Below, piece by piece: positions 52,096 to 64,000 of a DNA stretch of 64,000 nucleotides (positions within the stretch are counted from its first letter, which is position 1; the number at the start of each line of letters is the position of its first letter). The translations under genes were made by a program, and so were the position numbers. Source of the stretch: Octopus bimaculoides (taxonomy: Eukaryota); NCBI RefSeq assembly GCF_001194135.2, contig NC_068987.1, positions 17,060,659 through 17,124,658 of the forward strand, given 5' to 3'. The notes below the pieces were generated by a model, which saw nothing but the letters and a program-made list of their open reading frames with translations, did no database searches and was not told the DNA's origin.

Positions 52096-53910
52096 AGAAT
52101 AGTGTTAGTTGAATACGGAACGTAACGAGAGATGATATAAAAGGCAAGGGAACAAGAAATTATGCAATGAGCTTTATTAACTTAAATCTGTTTCCAATAT
52201 GAGATGCAATGCACTCATAATTGAGTGCTTGTTTATCATCTTATAGACTCGTTGGTACATAAGCTTTCAACCAATAGGATAGCTAGATAGCTACATTGAT
52301 ATATATATATATATATATATATATANNNNNNNNNNNNNNNNNNNNNNNNNNNNNNNNNNNNNNNNNNNNNNNNNNNNNNNNNNNNNNNNNNNNNNNNNNN
52401 NNNNNNNNNNNNNNNNNNNNATATATAGATAGATAGATAGTTCCTAACTGTTTGCTTTATAAGAAACTGAAACTTCTCGTTGACAATTATTCATAGGAAT
52501 TTTATTATACATGTTTACTTGTAAACATATGTGCATATACTTTGTATGTATGTACGCATATTTTTCTCTTCACAGGTTTAGCATCATTATCGAGAACATT
52601 AGCATCATTATGGAGAACATTATTAAAAAAAAAAATTCAGGATTTTTAGATGGCTTATGGACTCTATATTCTAATATATAAGCTGCCATGAAATTGATAA
52701 TGAATAGGAGAATATTGAAATATTTTCAAGTTACTTCTCAAACGCCTACTTTCCAATAATAAAAGCACACTCTTGTACACTACACAATTTTAATGAGTTT
52801 AATGTAAATCTTCTTTCTGTTTATTGGTCTGTTTATCTTTAAGTTTGATGCAAATTTGTTGCCAAGCTATTTCACTAGCAATTTTCTTAAATGTCAGTCT
52901 CATTTTGCTTTCCATTTCTTGCCAATCGGAAAGGAACACAAATTATATAAATCATTTAATTGAGTCATTTAATGCATTCATTTGCTAGGGGAATATCATA
53001 ATTATCGGTTGAAGGGTGATTATCATATTTTAGATTCTATTGCCTCCAAATGTGAACTGTTTCTTTTTTTAACGTCATTATTTCGTAACATAAATTATCA
53101 CAAAGCTATACATCTCTGTTTTCTTTATTTTTATAAAAAAAGAAATCTGCCTTTCGGTTTGTTTCTCATTAAATCATTTATTCATATCATATAATTACGT
53201 CAACAAACGTCTGTATAATAAGAATGGAATAATAACGTATGACTTGAAAATAAAGAGTGAGTTTCTAAATCAATTTAGGAAGGAGCACATGGATTAATGC
53301 GTGTGTCCGTGTGTGTGTAAACATCTCTTATGAGATCACATGAATTGTAAATTTATGTGCTCTAACTGCAGCTCTGATGTTTAAACTTCGAGGATTCTTC
53401 ATTCTCGTGTGGGTTCATAACGTGTAGATGTTTTCAAAATTTTTACGTAGTGAAATATCGCAGTGCCAAGACTCCTGAAATCTTTGAACACAACTACACA
53501 AGCATACGCCAAGACGCCAAGTAACACTTATATTTGAGTGCAAACTACTACGGAGTAAATAACCTGTTACGTTATGGAAAGGGTATGGTAGAGGTATGTA
53601 CGAAGGAAGTCTGAGGAAAAGAGAGCTGCAAACGGACAGACAGAGAAACATAGACACACACGTACATTCATGCAGACGACAATTATCTCGTGTGTGCATG
53701 TGTGCGTGCGCGAGAGCTTGGAAGTGTGTGAATGTGTGCATTCATCATTAGCGTTGCTATGTGTGGCAACAAAAGAGGACTTTTGCGGAAAAAACAAACA
53801 GTTTATCTAAAGTTATAATTGAGTACAATAAACTATTACTTTAGTTTCACTCAATTGCTTAATTCAATCAATTCCGTTATGTTGCGTTGTAAATATGTAA
53901 TTCCGTACGC

Positions 53911-53972
<62 letters not shown>

Positions 53973-54423
53973 TGTGTGTGTATGTGTGTATGTGTGTGTG
54001 TAAATACATATATACACTCATATGTATATGTACATATATGTATATATATATCGTATGTGTGTGAGTATGTGTGTATGTATGTATCCATTTATATATATGT
54101 AACTTATAAATAATACATTTAAAATATCGTATTGATCTTTAATAATCTTTAACACTTGATGGTTGTTTCCACGGAGTCAGCTAGATATTTCAGCTTTAAA
54201 GTCAATAGTGTTCTATAGCCGAATCAAATGATAGGTGATAGAAAAGCTTACATACGCACACACACGTACGTACACACTAGCACGTGCACACACACACACA
54301 TACAGACATACATACACACAGATACACCAGAAATACACTCGTACACACACCCCCAAATACTCTCACACACACACACACACACACACACAACATAACACAC
54401 AAAAAAGCACACAGGTATATGTA

Positions 54424-54560
54424 CGAGGGCGTACTAGTTCCTGCCTTCGTATGAAAACAAAACATGCAAGAGAATCAGTTCATAAAACACTTCTCCGACA
54501 TATTCCCGTCCCAGATTCATACGCTCATTGCAGCAGTTCTTCAAATTTTCTAAGCCCTTT
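54424..54560 (-). mobile_element. Mariner 3' terminus remnant
   Basis: TA followed by CGAGGGCGTACT terminus. The minus strand reads GLENLKNCCNERMNLGREYV, like mariner C-termini. Confidence 0.65.
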
Positions 54561-55875
54561 AAAAATACTCGGAAGTCTGGGCCTACAACTGGACTGAGTT
54601 CAAATTTCACTGGATATGACTCTACATACTACTTGATTGAATAAGTATTGACTGAATAGAGGTTATTGTGTGATTGAATTAGTCCCTTCCACAAAATTAT
54701 GGAACTGCACTTTCCCTCATCAAATCCAATTTTCACTGCCTTGTCGTTAAATCTGATAACAGAAATTAACAGCCAATTTTGTCGATAAATCTCTCCCATG
54801 GAATTAGTTGTTATATGACATTTGTTAGCAAAATTATTTTCTTATTCTTTTCCATGTTTCTGTCATTGGACAGTGGTCATGCTAGTGTACCATCTTTAAG
54901 CACTAAATCGAAGAAAATCAACCCAACGACGTACTCTCTTGCAGAAACCCTAGTTATGGGGTCGAAACAAACAGTGTTCATAAACAGGTATGAAAAACAA
55001 GCATAAATATATAAAAACATGCACAAACGCAGGCACGCAGACACACAAACACACGCATACACACGCCCGCACATATACATGTTCAATGGCCAATTTTGTT
55101 CCAGTTTCTTGCAACTAAAATCAGTCACAAAACATTGATCGGCCCGGATTTACGGCAGACGACACTTGTGACGCTTGCCCAGTCAAATTGAACACAAGCC
55201 CGAATGTTTGCTAGTCGAACTTCTTAACTACACAGCCAAATGTATATTAAGGTTATACTTCATCACTTCATCAATAACGAAAGTTGAATTATACTCTAAT
55301 TACATTATATTTATTATTGAATTCAATCTGAAAACAATATTAGTAGTGGATAGGAATTCTATAAAATCACCATGGATGTGGTTCTCTGTTTTGGAAATAT
55401 CTTCAAAATTGAAAATGTTATTTTCTGAATACAGGGAAAAATGAAGATTTCTGGTTATTTCTATTTTTACAACGAGTTTCAAATCATCAGAAACCAAATA
55501 TGAATAATACATATACATATATATATATACACTCATCCATCCATATAACTAATAAAGTGACAGATGCAGACGTGTGTGTGTCTGTGTCTGAATCTGTGTC
55601 AATGTGTGTCTGTGTGAATGATTATATCGTTAGAGAGTATTTTGTAATTATATATTTTGCTACGTAATCAATATTATGTTTTTAGAAAATCTTATTTTCC
55701 ATTTTATTACTTCGTGTATCAGATTACAAAAATTGCTGACACTTCAGTTATGCGCTACATTTACATTTAAATTCATATCTTATACATACGCATGCCTATA
55801 TATGTACTTATGAGTGTGTGTGTGTGTCTATATGCATACATACATACACACATACATACATAATATATATATATT

Positions 55876-55932
<57 letters not shown>

Positions 55933-56625
55933 GTAGTTATGCATATACATATATGTGGGTGTAAATGCTTATGTTTATGCATATATGTAGATATATGTCT
56001 GTCATACTGTCGACTAGGTTGCTCAAAATCAAATTTCAACGTCCAGTAAAATTATATTATGTGTAGAAATAATTGGAGGATTGTTTCATGTTCTAAAACA
56101 ACAGATTAGTAACAAAGCAATAAATAACAAAATGCATTAAAAAGTCAGAAGCAAATGAAATATAGACGCCATACTTTTACACGTTACGGCTTGATTGGAT
56201 GAAAATGTTACCTTATTGTCTAGTACAAATGAAAACAAAGTGTAGGTATATATTTACATATGTATATATATATGTGTGTGTGTGTATGTATGTATGTATA
56301 TATATATATATATATATATNNNNNNNNNNNNNNNNNNNNNNNNNNNNNNNNNNNNNNNNNNNNNNNNNNNNNNNNNNNNNNNNNNNNNNNNNNNNNNNNN
56401 NNNNNNNNNNNNNNNNNNNNNNNNNNNNNNNNNNNNNNNNNNNNNNNNNNNNNNNNNNNNNNNNNNNNNNNNNNNNNNNNNNNNNNNNNNNNNNNNNNNN
56501 NNNNNNNNNNNNNNNNNNNNNNNNNNNNNNNNNNNNNNNNNNNNNNNNNNNNNNNNNNNNNNNNNNNNNNNNNNNNNNNNNNNNNNNNNNNNNNNNNCTA
56601 AAATAACTTAATCATGAAGCACGTT

Positions 56626-56663
56626 TTAGTACCGGTTTCCGCCCTTTAGACTTTTTCAACTAA
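56626..56663 (-). ncRNA. Degenerate minimal hammerhead, third family, downstream of the GIY-YIG remnant
   Basis: TTAG TTGAAAA A GTC-TAAAG-GGC G GAAA CCGGTA CTAA. Stem I and the ACCGGT palindrome are intact. The core has two substitutions. Confidence 0.4.
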
Positions 56664-57049
56664 GAGTAAAATAAGAAAAAAAAAATACAATTAAATTGAA
56701 GAAAAAAAAATTAAGTGAAATGTTTTGAAGATATTTCCATAATCTTTAAATAGGTAAATATTTCCATAGTCTTCAGATTGTTTGCCTGTCTGTCTCTCTG
56801 TCCTTTGTGAATACCTCGTAGATGGGTAAATCTGAAGAAATATTTTCGATACAGAGACTTGATAGTTTAAGCAGGAGCAACCGAGGGAGGAGAAGAAGAA
56901 AAACAATAAGGAGGAGAAGAAGATGAAGGAGAGAGAAAAGTAGGAGTAGGGAAAGAAGAGGGAGATGGAGAAAGAAAAGTAAAGAAAAATACAAGATTAC
57001 TGTGACAGTAAATTTTTCGCGGAATCCTCTTTAATGGTCAAGTGGACTA

Positions 57050-57440
57050 AAAGTGACCTGTTGTGGTCGTAGCAGTAGTTGTTAGAAATGTTGTACATTC
57101 TTGTAGTATTTTATCTGTGGTGGTAGCGGGATTCAAAATAGGTTTATATTCGGAAATAAAGTATGCTTCTTCTTTCAATGGGCTTATTATAGGTTGCATT
57201 ATCCCTGAATTTACGGCGGGGAAAAATTCTAAAGCTGGGTTTTTCGTTAGTGGTACATATATCGATGTGCTCTGCTTAATCATATTTTTCTGTATTCTCG
57301 TATATTAATCTGTATCTATGTACCATCATTCTCTGGAGTAGACTGCTTTTAGTTTGACCAATATATTGTTCTCGATACCCTGAGCAAATTAATAAATATA
57401 TTAGATTTTCCGAAGCACATGGGAAGTTCAATTCTATATT
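57050..57440 (-). mobile_element. Penelope-like GIY-YIG endonuclease fragment
   Basis: NFPCASENLIYLLICSGYREQYIGQTK...RMMVHR and LKEEAYFISEYKPILN are diagnostic of PLE GIY-YIG domains. Confidence 0.85.
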
Positions 57441-57612
57441 TAAGAGATGAGGAATTATGTACATTATTTACATTATTTACATTTGACGGATATTTGTCCT
57501 CATCTTGTTTGTTGTTAACACAACGTTTCGTCTGATATACCCTCTAGCTTTCATCAGGCGTCTTGTGCAAATTTAGAACCTGGGTTCTCATTCCTAAGGT
57601 ATTTTTCGATGT
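57441..57612 (-). mobile_element. Headless copy of the hammerhead-bearing element, joined to the GIY-YIG fragment
   Basis: Reverse complement of 17353-17520. Confidence 0.85.
57517..57562 (-). ncRNA. Hammerhead motif with intact core and damaged stem II
   Basis: GACGC CTGATGA A AGCTAG...TCAGAC GAAA CGTT GTGTT. Confidence 0.55.
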
Positions 57613-58185
57613 AACTATAGTTTTCCATTATAAATATATGTATAATTACAGTATATTGCATTTATGTTGAGCAGATTTGTGTTGAACGGCACTCAGTATT
57701 TGGCAGTTATTTAATGGTTTAATGTTTGAAATAACCAAACTAGAACAGCAAGTGTTGAGGAGGGAACGAAAATAATCGTCGTTAAATGATATGTTGCATC
57801 TAATTTCAGGTGACATTTGGTAAACTTTACAACCGTTTTAAAATATCATATGCATGCATTCAAGTACAAATGCACACGCTCGCATACAAAACTATATAGA
57901 ATGCTCTTAAAAGTGCATACGCACGTGTGTCTATATATATATGTATATATATATATGTATGTATATANNNNNNNNNNNNNNNNNNNNNNNNNNNNNNNNN
58001 NNNNNNNNNNNNNNNNNNNNNNNNNNNNNNNNNNNNNNNNNNNNNNNNNNNNNNNNNNNNNNNNNNNNNNNNNNNNNNNNNNNNNNNNNNNNNNNNNNNN
58101 NNNNNNNNNNNNNNNNNNNNNNNNNNNNNNNNNNNNNNNNNNNNNNNNNNNNNNNNNNNNNNNNTATATATATGATATATATATA

Positions 58186-58236
<51 letters not shown>

Positions 58237-59339
58237 TATATATGTAAAGATATGTACGTGTGCGTATTAATGTGCGTGTGTGAGTTTATTTATACATACG
58301 TTAATGGTTTCTCGATCACTATAATTACTGCACTTCTGAAATATCATAGTTGACATTTACGCATTAGGTTAATATTGTAAAACGGCCTTTATTTTTTCCT
58401 TTCTATTTTTCTTTCTCATATCACCTGCTCGATTTAAAATGAATGTCTTATCTGTCAATATTCTGCAAATTGCTGTGCGTATTCTCTTCTTTCTGACTTA
58501 ATCTCACTTATCATTTTAAGCCACTTAATGATCTAATTGTGCATGATTTTTTTGTATATAAGGTCGAATATTAAGGCCTGTCTCTTTTTCTTTTTACATC
58601 TTGTACATTGTGTTCCATATAAACTTTACCTCACAAAGTAGTTTTTCTTATTTAAGAGGCTTTGTTTACTGATTGGCCTACATAAGCATAATTTTTTTTT
58701 TTTTTTTTTTGCTTTAACAGAATACTATTCGGTCTATTTATGAGCTGGATGTCGTAAGAAAGGAAAACAGGTTACGAGGCCATTGATTTTCACAGTTAAA
58801 TTGTATGGGCATTATTCAGTGAATATAAAAAAACGACAACTAACAAAAACTTGAAAAAAAAAAAGAAAAGAAAAAAAGAACAGGTTGAAAGTAACAGCGT
58901 TTCCTTTTTGCGTTTTCTTTGCTTTACTTTTATCAGCAAAATTCTGATTTCAAATTTCACTTAACTTCCAGTATAAACACTAGAAGAAAGTGTATGATTG
59001 AGAAAGAAAGAAAGCGTCTAATGCATTAAATAACTAAATCAATCAAAGCGAAAACGTGAATAAACTGCTACATATCAAACACATTCTTATGAAATTAAAT
59101 GGGGAATATTTCTTGACATGTGACGATCGCCGATCTGTTTTAAACGTAGTTTCAAATATCTAATAGATAGTGTTTGTCTTATCAATTCGTTTGGGCTTTT
59201 CATCTCTCTTCCACTTCACTTCTGATATTCTATTTATTTATCATTAGAAACCAGTATATTACTGATTTTATTTCATTGAATTAGGAAGGGTAGAGTGTGG
59301 CACTTAAACATGCATACAGTCTGTATTGTTGTCCCTTGA

Positions 59340-59745
59340 TCTTTTACATTTTAACTCTTACTTGCTGTAGTCACTGGACTAAGGCCATGATGGGGCACCG
59401 CCTTGAAGACTTTTTAGTCGAATGAATAGACCCTAGTACTTTTTTTTTGTTAAGTATGGTATTTATTCTACTAGTTCCGTTTGCTTGTCTGTTAAGTTAT
59501 GGGAGTATAAACACCCCAACACTGGTTGTGGAGCGGTGGTGGTGGATACAGACACAAAACACACACACACGAACAAGCATATACATATATAAGGATATTA
59601 TATTCGACGGGATTCTTTCAGTTTCCGTCTGCCGCATCCACTCACAAGTCTTTGGTCGGTCCGAGGCTATAACAAAAGACACTTGCTGAAGACACCACAC
59701 AGCAGGACTGAATCTGCAACCATGTGACTGAGAAACAAGCTTCTT
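59340..59745 (-). mobile_element. Near full-length CORE-like SINE
   Basis: Both halves present around a short CA/TA slot. Confidence 0.8.
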
Positions 59746-60129
59746 TATTTCATAAACTGGATATGGAAGCCGTACATAGATGGGACAGGCAAGGACAGAC
59801 AGACATAGAGGGCGAAGAAGTTGCTCATTACGAATGAAACCGTTTTCAATGATAAAATATAAATGTCATGCTGTTAAAAATTATATCTTTTTTGTTTCCT
59901 TTTAAAAATGCTTTGGGCTAGCACGAGAATGTGATAAATAAAAATTTGCCAAAGTTCCTGCGCGGTCCAGTCTGGAGCGGTAGATAAAGGAAGCAGACTA
60001 AATACCCGAGGTAATAGACACAAGCCATAATATTAGTTCTAAAACTTGTAAAAAAAAATTTGGTAAATTCTCTCTATCACAGATATCTGTCAAATGAAAA
60101 CGCATTAATTCCATGAATTTGTAACCATC

Positions 60130-60263
60130 ACACTCAATATGAACAGCCATCAATTTCGGCATCATTTCATCGTCGGCACCACCATTATCATCATCATCAT
60201 CATCATCATCACCATCGTTGTCGTCGTCATCATGTCGTCGTGTCGTCGTCGTTGTCGTCATCG

Positions 60264-60327
<64 letters not shown>

Positions 60328-60505
60328 TCTTGTCATCAGTATCATCAACCTCAACATACACATGATCAACGACGGCGTCATAGTCGTCATCGTTGTCGAA
60401 CGTCGTCGACGTTATTATCATCGTCATCTTCAATGTTGTCATTTTGTCTTTGTCATCATTGCCGTCGTCATCATAGCCGTCGCTGCCGTTGTCAGCGTCG
60501 TCGTA
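60130..60505. repeat. (CAT/CGT)n trinucleotide array
   Basis: Direct reading. Explains the poly-D, poly-H and poly-M ORFs. Confidence 0.95.
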
Positions 60506-60800
60506 AGGCTGTTCTCTATAATTAGAAACCGTTTCTGAGAAACTTATTTTGATTATCTTTATATTAAATTATATCAAATCCTAATAATATTGGAAATGAA
60601 ATTGCAGACAGACGGAGTAGGAATACTGCAAACGTGTTTCAGAATATTTTATCTACCGTAGTTAAATAATATGAACTATTAACGATTATAACACGCATAT
60701 ACATACGTGCACAGACACATACATACACAAACTTGAAGGAAGACTAACACGAGCTGGAGAGTGTGCTTTTTATCCTGGACATATATGTGTGCGTATGTGA

Positions 60801-60840
<40 letters not shown>

Positions 60841-61094
60841 ATGTGTATATATATGTGTGTGTGTTTATATTATATACATGATTGTGTGCATATGTATGTG
60901 TATAAGTATATGTATGTATGTATGTATATATCACCGTTTTTTTTTTACTTTGTTGCCGTACACATTCGCTAGCTTTCTTACAAAAAGGTCTAATACTCTT
61001 AGCTTAGACTCTTTTGAGGCCAACTAGATCAAACTGTCCGAAACAGTAAGGATTCTGGTATACTTGACTGAGGAAAGAAGACCACGAACGACCC

Positions 61095-61188
61095 GTCTTT
61101 TTTTGCCTAAACACTCATTTACAGGGACGTAAACACACCAACATCAGTTGTAAAGGGATGGTGGGTGGGGGACAAATACAGACACTCA

Positions 61189-61231
<43 letters not shown>

Positions 61232-61469
61232 GCACGTATGCATCTTTTTATTTATTCTTTTACTTGTCCCAGTTATTTGGCTGTGGCCATTCTGGAGCAC
61301 CGCCTAGAATGGCTTAAGTCAAAGAAATCAGCACTTATTCTTTGTAAACCTAGTACTTATTTTATCGGTCATTTTGGCCGAACCACTAAGTTACAGGGAC
61401 GTAAATGCACCAACATCGTTTGTCAAGCGATGGTGAGGGGATAAACACGGACTCAAAGACACACACACA

Positions 61470-61503
<34 letters not shown>

Positions 61504-61680
61504 AGTGTGTGTATGTGCGCGTGTGTGTGTATATATACACGACGTGCTTCTTTCAGGTTCCGTCTACTAAATCCACTCACAAAGTTTTGGTCGGTACAAG
61601 GCTATAGAAGAGACACTTTCCCAAGGTGCCACGCAGTGCGACTGATCCCAGGACGGTGTGGTTGAAGGAAGCAAACTTCT
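61095..61680 (-). mobile_element. CORE-like SINE with an extra partial 3' half
   Basis: ttacagggacgtaaa...accaacatc occurs at about 61119 and about 61391. The 5' half is at 61540-61680. Confidence 0.75.
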
Positions 61681-63329
61681 TATTACCTCCCCCCGCAACA
61701 CACATATAGAGTACCTGGCAAGTGTATTCTTCATTTTTCATTCAGGTATGCAAAAATAATCGATTGTTGTTTTATTCCTCGTTCAATAAATATTAAGACA
61801 CGTCTTTATGTTATTTCATATGATTTTCATGCGTTCACATGTTTTTAGGCAAAGGATATACGTACTATTCATATAGTAATGCAGCGTCATTCCTATTTTG
61901 AACATAAGTATAAAGCTACCATTTTCATCAAAAAGTTAAACAGTACAAGTGAGAATTAGCTTCTGGCAAATAACTTTTCTATATCGGTGTATGTTACCGC
62001 TGTTGACATCACTTGATATTTCCTTACTATATTGGTTTTCTATAACTATTTTAAAGGCCTCATATTGTTATGAGTGATGAAAGGGTTTATAGAACGTTTA
62101 TATTTTCTCCCTTCTGTGTTAAACGCGTAAAAGCATCCTTTGTATAATACTGTCTTATGCTATAAGTCATTTCACATTTAGGATGCACTACATGATTATC
62201 GATTACAGTGTTTCTTTGCTAGTTTAGTTTCTCAGTCGCGGAAGAAAGAATTGTAAAGTTGATATTCGTTCTATTTGAACGCACAAGGTAAAGGGAGATA
62301 ATTAATAAGTACTTTTTACAGCATTTAATGATTTACTAACGCGCAATAATTTACTTATACCACTATGTAGTCTTGTATAACAGCTATTATATTCTTGTTC
62401 GTACTATGCTTGTCTGTACTTGCGCGTGGCTTGTGTACGTGTGTGTGCGTGTGACCTGCTGAAGTCTGTAGTAAATGACATCTGACCACTGTTGTACCAA
62501 TAATTATCTGACTACTTTAATGTGGTAAGCAAAAAAAAAAAAAATCCCCATGATAACAGTACAAATATATAACGGCATTTAGTTATTTGAATGGCAGATA
62601 AAATAAATATATACCAAGATTATTAAAAAAAAATACTTTGAGGAACATTACTATAGACAGGTGTGGATGCGCATGGCTTAGTGGTTAGGGTTAAGAGGAT
62701 TCTGAGGATGTGGACTTTTCGTTCCAGCAAGATGGGGCACGAGATTTTGCAAAACAGATGGATTGGATAAAAAGGATCAGCAGAATATCCTCTGCGCTTC
62801 TCGGATATTACATCACTAGACTTGTGATTAGGAAAACTAGAAGATAAAGTTAAGGACACAAAACCCGTAGCAGCCGACAAACTGAGGGCAGCCATTGAAC
62901 AAGAATGCGTACAGATACCAGAAGATATGATTATTTATGTTTTCGGTTCCATTGCTTCGCAATATCAGCAGTTCCTGGGCCAGAGCCGTCATCAGTTTCA
63001 AACATATTCGTAAAAATATCAAATTCCGACCGTAGATTCTATTAAAATTCGAAAATTAGATGTACTTTCATAAACACTGACTTTATAATCATTAAATGTA
63101 AGAATACCTTCTGTGGACACCATACATATGTGTGCGTGTGTGTATGTGTGTGTGCGTGTGCGTGTGGGTAAGAGACAAGCAGAGAGAGAGTGAGAGAGAG
63201 TGTTTGAGTGTGTGTTATGTTTTTAATTATTTAAAGTTTTTTTCTCTAAGGACGGAGCTACTTTCTAATAATGAAACAAAGCACAATCGTTTGTATGTGG
63301 ATAAACAAAAATATTGACACATTTTGAAC

Positions 63330-63465
63330 TAGAGAAAATCTTCCATGATTTTACTATTCCCCTTGTAGTATGTATTTGCAATCTAGCTGTTAGCTGATTG
63401 ATTTCTTTCTCTGAAAACCCTAACTTTTTCATTCGTTCCACCCTGAGTTCATATCTCGCCATAGA
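63330..63465 (-). mobile_element. Probable R4/Dong-like non-LTR retrotransposon C-terminal remnant
   Basis: MKKLGFSEKEINQLTARLQIHTTRGIVKSWKIF resembles the L..LGF....I......LQ.....G.VKI.K.F tail that follows restriction-like endonuclease domains. Confidence 0.45.
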
Positions 63466-64000
63466 CTATATGGGTGGTAGCCATAACTCTTCACCCGGGG
63501 TCTAGTCTGTTGTAAGCATTCGCGCCAGTTTCCATCTTGAAGATACATCCTTCGTTTCATTCATTCCACCAGTCTTGGAGTCGCTGTTAATGCTTTATGG
63601 GCATTGCATTCCCACAATGCAACTAAGGGTTGAAAACATGTAGAGTAGGAGTCGCGAATGAAATGATGGGAATTGCAAAACGTTCGTTCATTTGTGATTC
63701 GCAGAAGAAAAGCTCTCGCTACGAGATCGGTGGAGTTAATATCAAAATGCAGTATGGAAAAGCCAAAGAAAGTTTTGGAAAATAAAACGGATGCTGATAC
63801 AGAGAGGATGGAATCTTGTATATAAAGTCAACAGACATCACATACAACACTAACACGAACACGCAAACACGCAAGCACATACTCACACTGACATACCTAC
63901 AAGCATACATATACATACATACACACTCACATACACATATATATACACAACATTGTAATTCTGTGCGTGACTTGCATCTCCGGATTTCTGTTGGCGCTTA

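Noticed and set aside
52577-52620. 21-bp tandem duplication ttagcatcattat(c/g)gagaaca
   Set aside because: Only two units, consistent with ordinary slippage.
59998-60538. Poly-His, poly-Asp and poly-Met ORFs
   Set aside because: All frames are open simply because of (CAT)n. No flanking coding signal.

Overview
Eukaryotic, AT-rich, repeat-dense genomic DNA from a short-read assembly, with about 20 N-gaps, most flanked by (TA)n or other simple repeats. The SINE families and microsatellite load suggest a coleoid cephalopod, probably Octopus (inference). No complete protein-coding gene can be identified. The long ORFs in the track are artefacts of N-runs and microsatellites. The window holds decayed transposons: Tc1/mariner of three catalytic-spacing classes (DD34D, DD37D, probable DD41D), RTE LINE remnants, Penelope-like (PLE) RT and GIY-YIG remnants, an R4-like tail, a Harbinger motif, a MITE and many tRNA-derived SINEs. 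The main finding is a set of minimal type I hammerhead ribozyme motifs in at least three sequence families. One family is a short element that, at 17.2-17.5 kb, has a tRNA-derived Pol III head, a hammerhead, an inverted copy of its own tail and a 13-bp target-site duplication. Another copy of it is fused to a Penelope GIY-YIG fragment. This suggests a ribozyme-bearing SINE mobilised by Penelope machinery. Also notable: a CpG-decay boundary near 22 kb next to a CpG-rich non-repeat segment and candidate minus-strand exons, and a perfect 61-bp-arm palindrome at 48 kb.
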